Shown one piece after another: positions 15,714 through 29,185 of a stretch of DNA of 64,000 bases (its first letter is position 1; each line of letters begins with the position of its first letter). The DNA comes from the human T2T-CHM13v2.0 reference genome, Homo sapiens: the NCBI RefSeq assembly GCF_009914755.1, contig NC_060932.1, one strand, 5' to 3'. The notes below the pieces were generated by a model. That model worked only from the letters and a program-made list of their open reading frames with translations. It ran no database searches and had not been told where the DNA came from. The position numbers and the translations under genes are program-made.

Positions 15714-16007
15714 AGAGCCTGCTTTCTCTGGGCACTGTATAGTCTTGCCTAAAATAAGAATGATACAAATGCAACCTGGAGACCACAACTTACCCACTTA
15801 CCTCAGTAAGATTTTTTTTAAGCCCGAAATCCCAATCTTACTGTTTTTGCTCACCTTGAATCTAACACAATCAATAGTAATAACCTTTAATTAGATAACC
15901 CTATAGTGTTTATGCTTTTAAACAATCATTTTGTTGAATGCCTAATATGTGCCCAGCACTATGTGGAAGTAAAAATCAGTCTCTAGTCTTCAAGGAAATT
16001 AAAATCA

Positions 16008-16350
<343 letters not shown>

Positions 16351-17005
16351 ACACTGAACATAAAACAGAGTTCAATTAAGAGCTGACCTGTATGATCCAG
16401 ATCATACCATTTAACACTTGTCAACCTATGCTCTTTTTTTCCCAATTCAGAAGATTGACAGAGAAGCTAACTCCTACATAACTGGTACTTCCTATTAAAG
16501 GTCCAATGACGTTACATTATATAGTCAATTTCTTTTTACCTTTCTTCCCCAGTATTCCATAAGGTCTCAGTTATCTTTGCACCTAGTGTCTGCCACATGG
16601 TAGCCATTCAATTAAATGTTTGTCAAGTGAATGAATGAATGAGAAACCAAGCCAAGCCCATAGCAGTCATATCAATACACTCAACTCTCTCCTATGGCAA
16701 ATCCCAAAGGTTTAAGGCTCAAGGCAGTTAGCTAATATGGTCTTTGACCTAGCCTTGGCTACATGGGATGACTGATGTTAAAGCCTTGATGCTGAATGTT
16801 AAAGTAGGTTCAAGGGGAAAAAAAAAACAGCAAATTCTAAAATGCTTCTGGATGAGAAAGGCTAGCACAATGCTGAAACTAAACTGAGTCTATTTGCTAA
16901 TTGCTATTAAGTTAATTTCATTGGTTAATTCTCCAGCATAACCCCCTCTAGGATAAACCTGGCCCCCAGTGAAAGGAAGATAAACCCTGTAAACCACGCA
17001 ATCAA

Positions 17006-17168
17006 CAGTGCCTCTGATACTCAAATGTACATCCTAGTCACCTACAGATCTTATTAAAATAAAGGTTCTGATAAATTACATCTAGAGTGAGGCCTGACGT
17101 TCTGCATTTCCAACAAGCTCCCAGGGGATATTATGCTGCTGGTATGCAGACCACACTTTAATGAGTAT
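17006..17168. mobile_element. MER5A-like hAT-Charlie MITE
   Basis: tctgcatttccaacaagctcccaggggat...gcagaccacacttt signature. Confidence 0.75.
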
Positions 17169-18386
17169 CAAGAGCTTGGACGACATTGCAGAGAATAGAT
17201 CTACAGACTTAAAACCAGAGTTAAGATATCTCTTGTTCTTATATTCCCTAACTGCATAACTTTAGATAAGTCATTTCACCTCTCTGAGCCCTCCTTGTTT
17301 CATCTGTGAAAATAATATAGTTAATACAATAATTAATAACATAGTTAATACTAATAGCTAACACATACTGAGTTCTTACCATGTAGCAGTAACTAATGTT
17401 TTATGTTTGTCAATTTATAAATAAGGCTTAGATCAAACATCCTCTCCAAGTAATGGTGACCTGATACCTGATTGTAGGCCGTTTGACTCATACTTAACAC
17501 CATGTAGCACTTACCTCCCAGAGCCTATGAAAATGAAATAATAATCGGTATTTGGCTAATTTGTACTGAGTACTCATACGCTCCAGGCCCTCGTCTAACC
17601 CTCCCTTGGACGATATTAACTCATTTATCTTATAACCACCCTAGGAAGTATTATTATCATTATCTCGCAGGCCTTAAAACGGCCTCAACAAGTAAAATTG
17701 CTGAAGGACCAACAGTGGCACAGTCAGGATTGGAACCCAGGCAGTGTAACTGCAGAGCGTGGCTTAGTTTCAGCACTGTACTAGATTAATTGAACTAGAC
17801 TAGGTTCTGTAACTGCAGAATCCCGGATCTCCGAGTCAGCTAGCTCACTAGGGTCGGTGCACACCCGCGCCCACTCGGGGTGGCTTCATTGCCAGAGCCA
17901 CTGACTCCCAAAACAAAACGAATCTTCTACAATTAGCTCTATGTGTATCTTTGGGATGTTATCTTTCTCGGGCCACAACTAGGAACCCTGAAAGCCGACT
18001 ATGACTCCAGTGAAACTATTTGGCCCTAAGAAGGGTGATTGTCTAAACATCTTCACAACGGATTTACACTGAAATTGTAACACGCACTTGATTGGAACCC
18101 CACACCACAGGCAGTCCCAGGAATTTGTACCCGCCCCGGTCCCGGACCGCGCCCCTGGACAAACCCTCCGGCCCGCCCCTCCGGATTGAGCCCCAAGACT
18201 GTCCCCGGACCACCATCCTAAGACCACTCCCTGAACTGCCCCCCCCAAGACCGCCCCCTAGATCGCCCCCCGGGACCGCCCTCTCTAGACCGCCTGCGAG
18301 ACTGTCCCCGGACCGCCCCCTGGACCACCCCCTAGGCGGCCCCCCGAGCTGTCCCTGGACCGCCCTCTAGACCGCCTCCCGCCCCC

Positions 18387-18407
18387 TGCATCCTGGGAAT
18401 CGTAGTC
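18387..18407 (-). promoter_or_regulatory. ZNF143/THAP11 (ACTACA-TCCCA) motif
   Basis: minus strand GACTACGATTCCCAGGATGCA vs consensus ACTACAATTCCCAGAATGC. Confidence 0.75.
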
Positions 18408-18553
18408 CCAATCCTGCTCTGGAACTAGCAGTGCGGCCTGCTCGGGCCAGCTCCGCCTCTATCTGGCGCCAGCCTAAAGGTCCCGCTTCTAATCCCATCA
18501 TCTCTCCATACCGCCCTCTGCCGGCCTTTCCTCTGGTCGCCCGGATTGCGAGC

Positions 18554-18576
18554 CGCTTCCGGACGCTCCGGAAGCG
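18554..18576. promoter_or_regulatory. Inverted pair of ETS (GABPA/ELK-type) sites
   Basis: CGCTTCCGGA-CGC-TCCGGAAGCG, perfect 10-bp inverted repeat. Confidence 0.7.
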
Positions 18577-18612
18577 AACCTTTCTTTTCCGGATTGGGCA
18601 TCCCGGCATCTG

Positions 18613-18618
18613 CACGTG
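18613..18618. promoter_or_regulatory. Canonical E-box (MYC/MAX type)
   Basis: CACGTG within the CpG island, 89 nt upstream of the RRS1 ATG. Confidence 0.55.
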
Positions 18619-18701
18619 GTTATGCTGCCGGAGTTTGGGCCGCCACTGTAGGAAAAGTAACTTCAGCTGCAGCCCCAAAGCGAGTGAGCCGAGCCGGAGC
18701 C

Positions 18702-19799
18702 ATGGAGGGCCAGAGCGTGGAGGAGCTGCTCGCAAAGGCAGAGCAGGACGAGGCAGAGAAGTTGCAACGCATCACGGTGCACAAGGAGCTGGAGCTGCAG
18801 TTTGACCTGGGCAACCTGCTGGCGTCGGACCGGAACCCCCCGACCGGGCTGCGGTGCGCCGGACCCACGCCGGAGGCCGAGCTACAGGCCCTGGCGCGGG
18901 ACAACACGCAACTGCTCATCAACCAGCTGTGGCAGCTGCCCACGGAGCGCGTGGAAGAGGCGATAGTGGCGCGGCTGCCGGAGCCCACCACACGCCTGCC
19001 GCGAGAGAAGCCTCTGCCCCGACCGCGGCCACTTACACGCTGGCAGCAGTTCGCGCGCCTCAAGGGCATCCGTCCCAAGAAGAAGACCAACCTGGTGTGG
19101 GACGAGGTGAGTGGCCAGTGGCGGCGGCGCTGGGGCTACCAGCGCGCCCGGGACGACACCAAAGAATGGCTGATTGAGGTGCCCGGCAATGCCGACCCCT
19201 TGGAGGACCAGTTCGCCAAGCGGATTCAGGCCAAGAAGGAAAGGGTGGCCAAGAACGAGCTGAACCGGCTGCGTAACCTGGCCCGCGCGCACAAGATGCA
19301 GCTGCCCAGCGCGGCCGGCTTGCACCCTACCGGACACCAGAGTAAGGAGGAGCTGGGCCGCGCCATGCAAGTGGCCAAGGTCTCCACCGCCTCTGTGGGG
19401 CGCTTTCAGGAGCGCCTCCCCAAGGAGAAGGTGCCCCGGGGCTCCGGCAAGAAAAGGAAGTTTCAACCCCTTTTCGGGGACTTTGCAGCCGAGAAAAAGA
19501 ACCAGTTGGAGCTGCTTCGTGTCATGAACAGCAAGAAGCCTCAGCTGGATGTGACTAGGGCCACCAATAAGCAGATGAGGGAGGAGGACCAGGAGGAGGC
19601 CGCCAAGAGGAGGAAAATGAGCCAGAAGGGCAAGAGAAAGGGAGGCCGGCAGGGGCCTGGGGGCAAGAGGAAAGGGGGCCCGCCCAGCCAGGGAGGGAAG
19701 AGGAAAGGGGGCTTGGGAGGCAAGATGAATTCTGGGCCGCCTGGCTTGGGTGGCAAGAGAAAAGGAGGACAGCGCCCAGGAGGAAAGAGGAGGAAGTAA
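18702..19799 (+). CDS. RRS1: Ribosome biogenesis regulatory protein homolog RRS1, intronless, 365 aa
   Basis: gccATGG Kozak; MEGQSVEELLAKAEQ...FDLGNLLASD...RLPREKPLP...LTRWQQFARLKGI...WGY...STASVGRFQ...GGKRRK* recognised as human RRS1. Confidence 0.99.
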   Translation: MEGQSVEELLAKAEQDEAEKLQRITVHKELELQFDLGNLLASDRNPPTGLRCAGPTPEAELQALARDNTQLLINQLWQLPTERVEEAIVARLPEPTTRLPREKPLPRPRPLTRWQQFARLKGIRPKKKTNLVWDEVSGQWRRRWGYQRARDDTKEWLIEVPGNADPLEDQFAKRIQAKKERVAKNELNRLRNLARAHKMQLPSAAGLHPTGHQSKEELGRAMQVAKVSTASVGRFQERLPKEKVPRGSGKKRKFQPLFGDFAAEKKNQLELLRVMNSKKPQLDVTRATNKQMREEDQEEAAKRRKMSQKGKRKGGRQGPGGKRKGGPPSQGGKRKGGLGGKMNSGPPGLGGKRKGGQRPGGKRRK

Positions 19800-20271
19800 T
19801 AGTTTCTAACTGTCGGACCCGTCTGTAAACCAAGGACTATGAATACTAAATGTTAAGTTCTAGGCAATTATACGGGGACTCAGAAGGACCTGGCCGCTGC
19901 CTTCATTGAGTTTAAAGGGACAGGATTGCCCTTCCGTCAAGAAAGTATGTAAGTGTTGGACTGCACAAATTAATGTTTTTCCCACAACCGAGACTTTGGA
20001 GATTAAGAACTTATTTGAGGATTTAAGAATTAGGGAAATAATTTGGTGGAAACCGGGAATGAGTTCTATTCTTAAACAGCCTTTTTTTTTCTTTTTAATG
20101 TTGGATATACGGCGAGGTAGAGTTGGCCATATTTCAGAGACTTAGATTGACGTATATGTTTCTGCATTATTTTTACAACAAGTTTGTGTATCAGAGCGGG
20201 AGTGCGGGGGAGGGAAAGAAAACAAACAGTTTCAGAATTGAATAGGCAAGTGACTGTTTTAAAGATTAAGT

Positions 20272-20277
20272 AATAAA
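20272..20277 (+). terminator. RRS1 polyadenylation signal
   Basis: AATAAA followed by GT/T-rich downstream element, ~470 nt after the stop. Confidence 0.75.
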
Positions 20278-20397
20278 GATGTCTTATCTAGTGTGACTTT
20301 TAACTTTCTGACTACTGGGTAGAAATTGTACTTGAAGCCGGTTACCTGGATACCTGGTACAGATTATTTTTGTTTACTTTCTGAAAAACACAAAGCA

Positions 20398-20755
<358 letters not shown>

Positions 20756-21038
20756 TCAAATATAATATTCAAAGTAGTAAAACTGATGTCTGTTTTTTAA
20801 AAAGATTTTATGCCTTTCAACACTGAACACATGGATTTCCTGTAAATGATCAATTTGGGCTTCATTGACTAATGGTAATAATCCTCATTAATCCAGAAAA
20901 CACTTAAATCTTTCTCTACGTTTATATCCCCAGTTGTTTGTGTGTGTGTGTTTGTTTTTAAGCTTGACGTCAGGTATAGTTTTGTTTGGGGGAAGAAAGA
21001 AACAGACCCATAAGATCCTTAATTAGGACATTATTATC

Positions 21039-21223
21039 TTTTTTTAAGTTCCGGAGTAGATGTGCAGGATGTGCATGTTTGTTACATAGGTAAACGTGTG
21101 CTGTGGTGGCTTGCTGCACCTATCAACCCATCACCTAAGTATTAAGTCCCTCTGCCCCCTTCTATCCCCTGCCCCCAGGCCCCAATGTGTGTTGTTCCCC
21201 TCCCTGTGTACATGTGTTCTCAT
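21039..21223 (-). mobile_element. L1PA (older primate) 3'UTR fragment
   Basis: atgtgcaggatgtgcatgtttgttacataggtaaacgtgtgc; acattatt on both sides as TSD. Confidence 0.85.
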
Positions 21224-21859
21224 AGAACATTATTTTTTGATTCATTTGTCAAGTTGGCCTGAGCTGGTTTGATTAGGAGGTGAAATGTTTATATAGCTGT
21301 CCTTGGTCTTCCTGTCCATCAATCTTTTCCAGTTTGATCGCAGTAAATTCATTTCTGTAAAACTTAATATCTCCCATAAAGGATTCAGATTTCATAATAA
21401 CAGATTACTAAAAATGCAAATGTTTAGTTGTTACTGTCTTTGGATACTTTCTGATAAAGTTGAGCTTTATCGTTAATCAGCTTTTCCACTGGGACATGGC
21501 AGATATGGCACAGCCAAGCCCTCCCGGAGCATAGTCTAATCATGGCAAGTTTTAACTATTGATGTAAGAGTTTTAACTATTGATTTTGCTTTCATCAAAA
21601 GCAAAGCCATTCACACAGTATTTAACAAAAACCCTCGGGCTCTGCTAGGTTCTTGTTTACTGTTAAAACAGTTTAAAGGCAGGGTCTTGATCACTTAAAA
21701 TACTCTTAGAAGGGAAAGTAACATTTTAAAGGATTAACAGTGGAAAAAGAATATCCCTGTTCCTCTTCCTTCCCCCAAGTCCTCAACATGTGAAAAATAG
21801 AGTTGATAAGTAAGGAGATTTAAGGCAGAACCCGAGGCCTACGGAGCAGTTACCTTCTA

Positions 21860-22340
21860 CGGCAATTTCAAGGGTGGATGGTGCGAGCGCCGCTGGGGCA
21901 GCTGGCGTTCTGGTTCTTACTCCGTGGGAAAATGGCCCTGAGCCCGACTGGCTTGAGGCTTAGACAGGTGACCCCGCGAAGCGGGTGGGCAGGCGCGGCC
22001 GAGGGGCGGGAGGCGGGCAGCCTCCGTGATTGGCCGGCGGAGGGGGCGGTGTAGCGACCCGAGGAGGGAAGAGGACTCCAAGCGCCATGGCCGCTGCCGC
22101 CCGAGCCCGGGTCGCGTACTTGCTGAGGCAACTGCAACGCGCAGCGTGAGTGCGGGGCCGGCGGGCGGGCAGGGGACCGCAGGGTGCCCACGCAGCCCCC
22201 TGGGTGTGACCCGCTCAGATCCTGCGCAGTCTTCTCCGCTTACTTTCAAGAATTCGGAGAATTTGGATACCGCCCTGGGCTCCCACCGCGCGCCAGGCGG
22301 AACAGCGAGGTCACAGAGTGCGCGATGCAGCCTCTCAGGG
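21860..22340. promoter_or_regulatory. ADHFE1 promoter CpG island
   Basis: CpG-rich; inverted CCAAT at 22029-22033 and GC boxes (e.g. 22042-22049) upstream of ATG 22087. Confidence 0.9.
22087..22145 (+). CDS. ADHFE1: ADHFE1 exon 1 (hydroxyacid-oxoacid transhydrogenase, mitochondrial; presequence-like N-terminus)
   Basis: gccATGG; MAAAARARVAYLLRQLQRAA (Arg-rich, no acidic residues); donor GC|gtgagt. Confidence 0.96.
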
Positions 22341-24410
22341 CGCAGTGAGGCAGCCTTTACTCTGCTTGTCTACCGTTAAAGAAACTGAGGCCCAGAGAGG
22401 ACCTGGTCCCACATCGTAGCAGGCAGTGGAGAGCTTGGCACGGTGGCCAAGACAAATTCATGTATGCAATTGACACATATTTATTGGGCATATATTATGT
22501 GCCAAAAACTATTCTAGGTTCTGGGGATACAAAGATGAAAGGCTCTGGAGCAGTTTGAGGTCTAGTGGGGAATGGGATGAGGGGACGAGGCTAAAACCGG
22601 CTATAGCAGACTGGGTGTAGAAGGGAAGGATGGATGTGAGAAGTCGCAGAGTCACACTTCCTGGCATGTACAGGGAGTCAGGGTATTCAATGTCATGACA
22701 CGCCTGCCTCCCAGCAGAAATGTGAGGTACATCCTGGTCACCTGATAAATACTTGCTGACTGTGCAAGTGCACAAGTCTGCCTGGGAAACATGGAAAAGT
22801 TTGAGCTCACAGGTGCAGATCAGTAGGAGGAAAGGCGAGGGACTGGCGAGGAACGTCAGGCAGAGAGAAGAGCAACACCAGCGATGGAGATGCAGTCCCA
22901 GGACACAAAAGACAAGTAGACCTACCTTTATAAGAGGAGGTAAAGATGGAGAAGACGGCTGATAAAAGACCATGAATAAGAATATAGCTAATACGATGAG
23001 CCCGGCAGTGTCTTACACACTTTGAATGGACTATCAGTATAATAGTAACTCTAATCCTTTCACTGACCCTATGACACACGGTATTGTCATCCTCATAGAT
23101 ACGGAAATAAAGGCATGGAGAAGAATTTGTCCAGTGTCACACAGCTAAGCAAATGGCACAGTCATAATTTGAACCCAGATACTCTGGCTTCACAGTCCTT
23201 GTTCTTAGGCCTGTAGTAAGGAATTTGAATTGTGTGCTGTAGATAATGGAAAGCCATTGAATAATATTTGTCACCATTAAACACTGATACCTTAAAATGT
23301 CCCATGACAAAAGAATTACATGGCCAAATAAGTTTGAGAAGCTCCTTACTGCTGTATTGCCCTCTTGGAGAATCAAAATATACATTAGACATGCAGGGCT
23401 CCAAGAAGCTACAAAAAATACTAAAGCTGTGTTCAAATTTTTGGTTGTAAACCTGTGTCATCATAGAACTCTTTGTCACACAACACCATTTATATCCCAT
23501 GGAATCAGTGTCACACACAGAATATGTTTTTGGAATGGTTGCATGAAAAGGGAGTATGGCATAATCAGAACTGTGTTAGCACATTCTGGTGGAAATGTGG
23601 AGTGAAGAGGAAGGACTAGAGGTCATTGTCCTGCTCCAGCCTGAAGATAATGGCTTCATGCACGGAGAGGCAGTTCCTTGGGTAGATAGAAATGCTGAGA
23701 GGTTGGTTAGAATCCACAGGATTTTGTATCTGAATAGTGAAGAGTTGAGATTTCTGGCTTGGGCATCAAGTAAACAGTGGGCTCAGTTACCAAGGCAGGG
23801 ATTGTAGGAGAGTTAGTGTTAGGAGGAAAATGGCAACTTCAGTCTAGGGCATTTTGAGTTGAGCATGCTTCTGGTACATTCAGATGGAGACCCCAGTAGG
23901 TGATTGAATGTATTGTTCTGGGGCTCAAGAGTGAGTTGGGAACACATCCATCCATGCGTATGGAGGACAGTTGAAGCCCTAACAAAACTCTAACCTAGAA
24001 GGAAACAGCTGAGGGTGAATTCCTGGGGAGCAGCACTGCCACAGCAGGAGTAGCAAGATGGTGCTTTCTTCTGCACATGCTTATTATTCTAATAGGGTAA
24101 ACATTTTAAAAGTGGGAGATTTCCAATGAAAATCTTGGAAAATTGGAAAATGGCATCATTGGGCACATGTTTCATCTGGGCAAAGTGGGCTAGGGCACGG
24201 GGTGATGTGTGGCCATTTCTATTGGACAGAGCATGCACTCTGGGCTTCTGCCCAACACATTCCATAGAGCAACTGCGCTGACAACTGAATGGAGGGGAAA
24301 GAATCAGCACTGAAGGAGACAGAGGCAAGGCGTGCACTGGCCAGAGAGGTTGTGGGAAGGCCCTGGAGGGCAAGAGTCACATTCCGTCTCCAGATGTGCA
24401 GCCCTGCACA

Positions 24411-24563
24411 GGGTGGTGGGTGCCCATAGTCCCAGCTACTCAGGAGGCTGAGGCAGGAGAATCACTTGAACCTGGGAGGCATAGTTTGCAGTGAGCAGAG
24501 ATCAGGCCACTTCACTCCAGCCTGGGCTACAGAGCAAGACTGTGTCTCAAAAAAAAAAAAAAA
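24411..24563 (+). mobile_element. Alu right-arm fragment
   Basis: gtcccagctactcaggaggctgaggcagg...polyA. Confidence 0.9.
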
Positions 24564-25172
24564 GATGTGCAATGCAGCCCTGCTTTGACTGTGTTATCTC
24601 TGGGGTACAGCAGGGAACAAAACAACCTAACCACACCATGCATGGGGCACAGGGGATAGATGACAAACTAGTTAGTAAAATTGAGAGTACATTAGCTGTT
24701 GAAAGTTATTACAGAGAACATAAAGGAGGCTGGGATGTTGAAGGAAGGGATGCAATTTTTGAGGTGTTCAGAGCAGCCCTCACTATGTTAGTTTCCTACA
24801 GCTGTTGTAACAAACTACCATGAACCTGGTGGCTTAACACACATTTGTCTTAACAGTTCCAGAGGTCAAAAGTCTGAAATGAGTTTTACTAGGCTGAAGC
24901 CAAGGTGTGAGCAGGGCCACACTCCCTCTTGAGTAAGGCTCAGAGGTGCTGCAGAATCCACTTACTTGCTTTTTTCCAGCTTCTAGAGCTCTACCTTCGG
25001 TTCCTTAGCTTGTGGCCCCTTCCTCCATCTTCACAGCTGGCACTCATCTTGCTTCAGTGCTCACATTTCTGTCTTTTGGGTCAAATCTCCCTCTGCCTCC
25101 CTTTTATAAGGCTATGAGTGATTGCATTTAGGGCCCACACAGATCATCCAGAATAATCTCCTCATTTCAAGA

Positions 25173-25782
<610 letters not shown>

Positions 25783-25899
25783 AGGATTTTTAATCATATC
25801 TGCAAAGTTCCTCTTACTATGTAGGGTAACATTCACAGATTCCCAGGATTAGAACCTTATCTTCAGGAGCAATTACTCAACTCAGTGATTACTCACTGA

Positions 25900-28080
25900 G
25901 AAGGTAATGGTTGCGGAAAGACCAGTGGATGCAGAGAGCAAACCCTGTGGCCTTCAGGGAAGGTATGCAGAGGTGAAGCATACCTGGGTATGGAACAGAG
26001 TGAATAAGGGGGAGATGGGAGTGTGGGGCCAAGGGTGACCCCAAGATTCTCCGGCACGAACAACTGGAAGGATGAAATTGCCATTAGATGGGGATGGGGA
26101 AGGCTGTGGGAAGAGCAGGCTTGAGAGAACACCAGGAGCTCAGTCTTCCATAGGGAAAATGTTGCCACTTCATAGACATCCAAGCAGAGATGCCAAGTGG
26201 GCAGGTGAACCTGGACTTCGGGAGAGATGCCCAAGCCAGAAAGATAAATGTGGAAGTCATCAGCATCAAAGGTATTTGAGACCATGAGACCAGGGGAGGT
26301 CACTAAGGGACTGAGTGTGGAAAGAAAAGAAAAAGTTCCAGGACTGACCCCTGAGCCGTCCAGGGTCAGGAGTCAAAATCATGAAAAGCAATGAAAAGAA
26401 ATGAAGCCAAGAGCAGCCAGTGCGATGAGAAGAAAACTGAGTGGTGCCCTGGAAGCCAGGGAAGAACATGTTTCCAGGAAGGAGGGAGTGAACAGGAGGA
26501 TGCCGCTGACACATCGGGTACCGTGAAGACAGAACTGAACTGAGCAGGCTGGTTAGCTAGTGGAGGGCATTAGTGAGCTGGGAAGCTGGTCAGTTGAGTC
26601 GGGGTAAAAGCTGATGGCAGGAGGTTCCAGAGGGAATGGGAGAAGATAAATCGGAAGAATGGCTATAGCCCGCTGAAGGGAAGGAGAGAGGTAGAAGTGG
26701 GAGTGGGAGAGGAAAGAGGAACAAGAGGTTTCTGGTTTTGTTATGTAAGATGGAGGAAATGTGCTTATGAATAAGCTAAAAAAATGCTGGTGGCTGATGG
26801 ATAATGTCTAATAGGGAGGGGGATTTTGATGATTTAGGGGACAGAAGGGAGAGCTGCTGGCAGTCCTTGAGTAGATGAGAGGGGCTGCGATTTAGGGAAT
26901 GCAAGACAGATTGGGTTTTGCTGAGAGTGTCGCTAAGAGGTAATCAGTGATGTCAGCAAGGAAGCCAGAATAAGGGGGCCAGAGCCAGGAGGGCAGGTAG
27001 ATGAGGTCCTGCTCTCCCCAAGCCTCACTCTGCTTCTCTGAAGGAGCCCAAAGAAGCCCATCAGTGCCTTCAGGCCATCCTAAGAAGGCGGGAACCCACA
27101 GCCTGCCCCCACCCCCCTCTCCCAGGCCCTCTGTCTTGGCATGCCAGGAAAAGAGAAGAGAGGGTCAGGGGAATGAAAATGTCTACATTCACTTATTTAT
27201 TCATTTACTCGCTCATTTAATCAGTACAAAAGGCTTACTTTATGCCTGGCACTTACTTGGTGCTAGCCACAGGGGATAAAGTTGTGAGAAACAGTAGATC
27301 CTGCCTGGGCATCACTAAATTCACAATCCACAGGCAGAAAGAAGCAGAAAAACAGCACCAGTGTGGTACGTTTTAACACGGAGGGAGGCTCCAGAAAGGG
27401 TGTCTCTCTGCAGCCTCGGGCCTCAGGGAAGGCTGCCCAGGGGAACTGACAGGAAAGAACAAAAGTTATCCAGAAGAAGAGGCAAGGAAAGTATGTTACA
27501 GGCAGAGGAAATAATAACGGCAAAGTTCTGGAGGAGAGAGAGAGACTGTGGCTCATTCAAGGAAAAGAAAGATGTTAATTTTTCCGGGAGCCCAAACCCA
27601 GAGATGGAGTGAGTTGAGGGGCCAGTCAGGCAGGGGCAGGCCTGAACTGTATGTGAGAGCCATGGGGAGCCATTGAAGCAGCTTTCAACAAGGGAGTGAC
27701 ATCATTGGAAATATGCCCCGACTACAGTGTGGGGAATAGAGGTGGCAGAGGTGGAGCCACGAGAAGCCAGTTGGGAATTTGGTAGTCATACACATGAGAG
27801 GTGATACTGGAACCAGAGAGTAGCAGGTTCCCAGGAAAACTGGGTGGGCTTGAGTGGAGACATGTTTGAGGCCTTGGTGCATAATGAGCTCTAAAGGGTG
27901 AGGGAGGAGGAAGGGTCAGAATGGCTGAAGGCAGCCCAGGACAGAAATGAACATTTAAGGAATGGGCAGAGTGGAAAAGGAGCCAGTAAAAGAACAATTA
28001 GAGGAAGCCCAGACAAGTAGGGGTCCTGGGAGCCAGGAAAAAGTTCCACCTGCCCAAAAAGGTGTGGCCACGCGTTTCAT
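25900..28080 (-). mobile_element. L2 remnants (fragmented)
   Basis: purine-rich L2-like motifs (tagacatccaagcagagatg, ggaagtcatcagcatcaaaggtattt, attcatttactcgctcattt). Confidence 0.6.
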
Positions 28081-28589
28081 GCTGCTAGAGTGAGGTGCTA
28101 CGAGGTCTGAGAAGTGAGGACACAGCCAGACAGCTGGACTTGCAGACACAGCAGCCTGATTTCAGGGGCCAAAGAATGTGTCCGAGACCCAGAAACGAAG
28201 CCAGCAAATGTAGGTCGGGAGGAGAGAGAGGGAGAGTGAGCCCGCCAGAGGGGGTAGGAGGTGGAAAAGTTTCAGGCGCAAAACTCTTCAATAGGCTGAA
28301 AAAGATTGAGTGAGGGGGAGGACTAGGAAATACAGGACAGGTAGAGGTCCCGAGAAAGCAAGAGGGGACAGGATACAAACCACAAGTAAGAAGTAGAAAT
28401 AATGAATTGAGATAGCCTCAGAGCTTGGGGAAGAAAAAAAAAGGTGGCGGGGGGTGTAGGGAGGAAGCAAGGGTTCCCAGGAGCGTTCACGTTGGAAAGT
28501 TTTGAGTTTGGATTTTTTTTTCCTTCCCTTGGCTCACTTTTCTTGTCATTAGAGGGCATAAAGCAGGGAAAGTCTTCCAACCAAAGCCC

Positions 28590-29185
28590 ACCGTGAAGGG
28601 ACAAGCCTGGCCTGGCCCGCGTCCTCTCCCCCGGCGCGCGCGTCGGGAACCACTAGATGGCAGCCGCGACTCGCGCCAGCTCTCACTCGCCCCCGCGTCT
28701 GCTTTGACTTCGCAGTTCGAATTTTTGAGATCTGGACGGCCACTGAGATCAACCCTTTTCCTTCCTCCCCAACCTTCCCCCTCGGGTGTTTTAATTCCAG
28801 ATTTGAATTTTTGGCGGGGAGAAGGAAGTGATGCACTCAAGTATCTACCGAGACCCAACCACTGGACAAGGTCTTCTGGGCAACCCAACGAAACATAAAA
28901 CCGTCTTCCCAGCCTCGATCAGAGAGCGAGCAGGAGAAAGAGAAGCCAGAGGAGAGACTGGGACTGTCCAGGAAATAGGAGACGACCAGGACAGGAAGAG
29001 GGACCACAGCCAGGGGAGGGAGGGTTTCCAAAAAGGAGGACGTGGGAAATCTGTAGAGAAGTCGACCGAGAAGTGAGATGCGGTGGCGACCTCGGAGCGC
29101 ACCGGGTGTGCGCGCAGCTGGGGCCTCTGGGGAGCGGCGCGGCGGGGACGGAGGAGAGCTCGGAGCCCGGGGCTGCAACTGGGCA
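28590..29185. promoter_or_regulatory. Intronic CpG-rich element in ADHFE1 intron 1
   Basis: two CpG clusters (28610-28790, 29060-29180) in otherwise CpG-depleted intron. Confidence 0.75.
28650..28664 (+). promoter_or_regulatory. CTCF core motif
   Basis: CCACTAGATGGCAGC fits CCASYAGRKGGCRSY at every position. Confidence 0.8.

Larger units (their letters stand above)
18120..19460. promoter_or_regulatory. CpG island / RRS1 promoter
   Basis: very high GC and CpG density from ~18130 into the CDS. Confidence 0.92.

Noticed and set aside
18546-18701. 417-aa ORF call for RRS1 starting at TTG 18546
   Set aside because: The recognised protein starts at the Kozak ATG 18702; the extension begins at a non-ATG codon in probable promoter sequence
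18367-19833. Antisense and alternative-frame ORFs (92-194 aa) overlapping RRS1
   Set aside because: Expected shadow ORFs in GC-rich coding sequence; no recognisable domains
21548-21584. 16-bp direct repeat agttttaactattgat (similar 18-bp duplication at ~30190-30227)
   Set aside because: Ordinary micro-duplications with no supporting context
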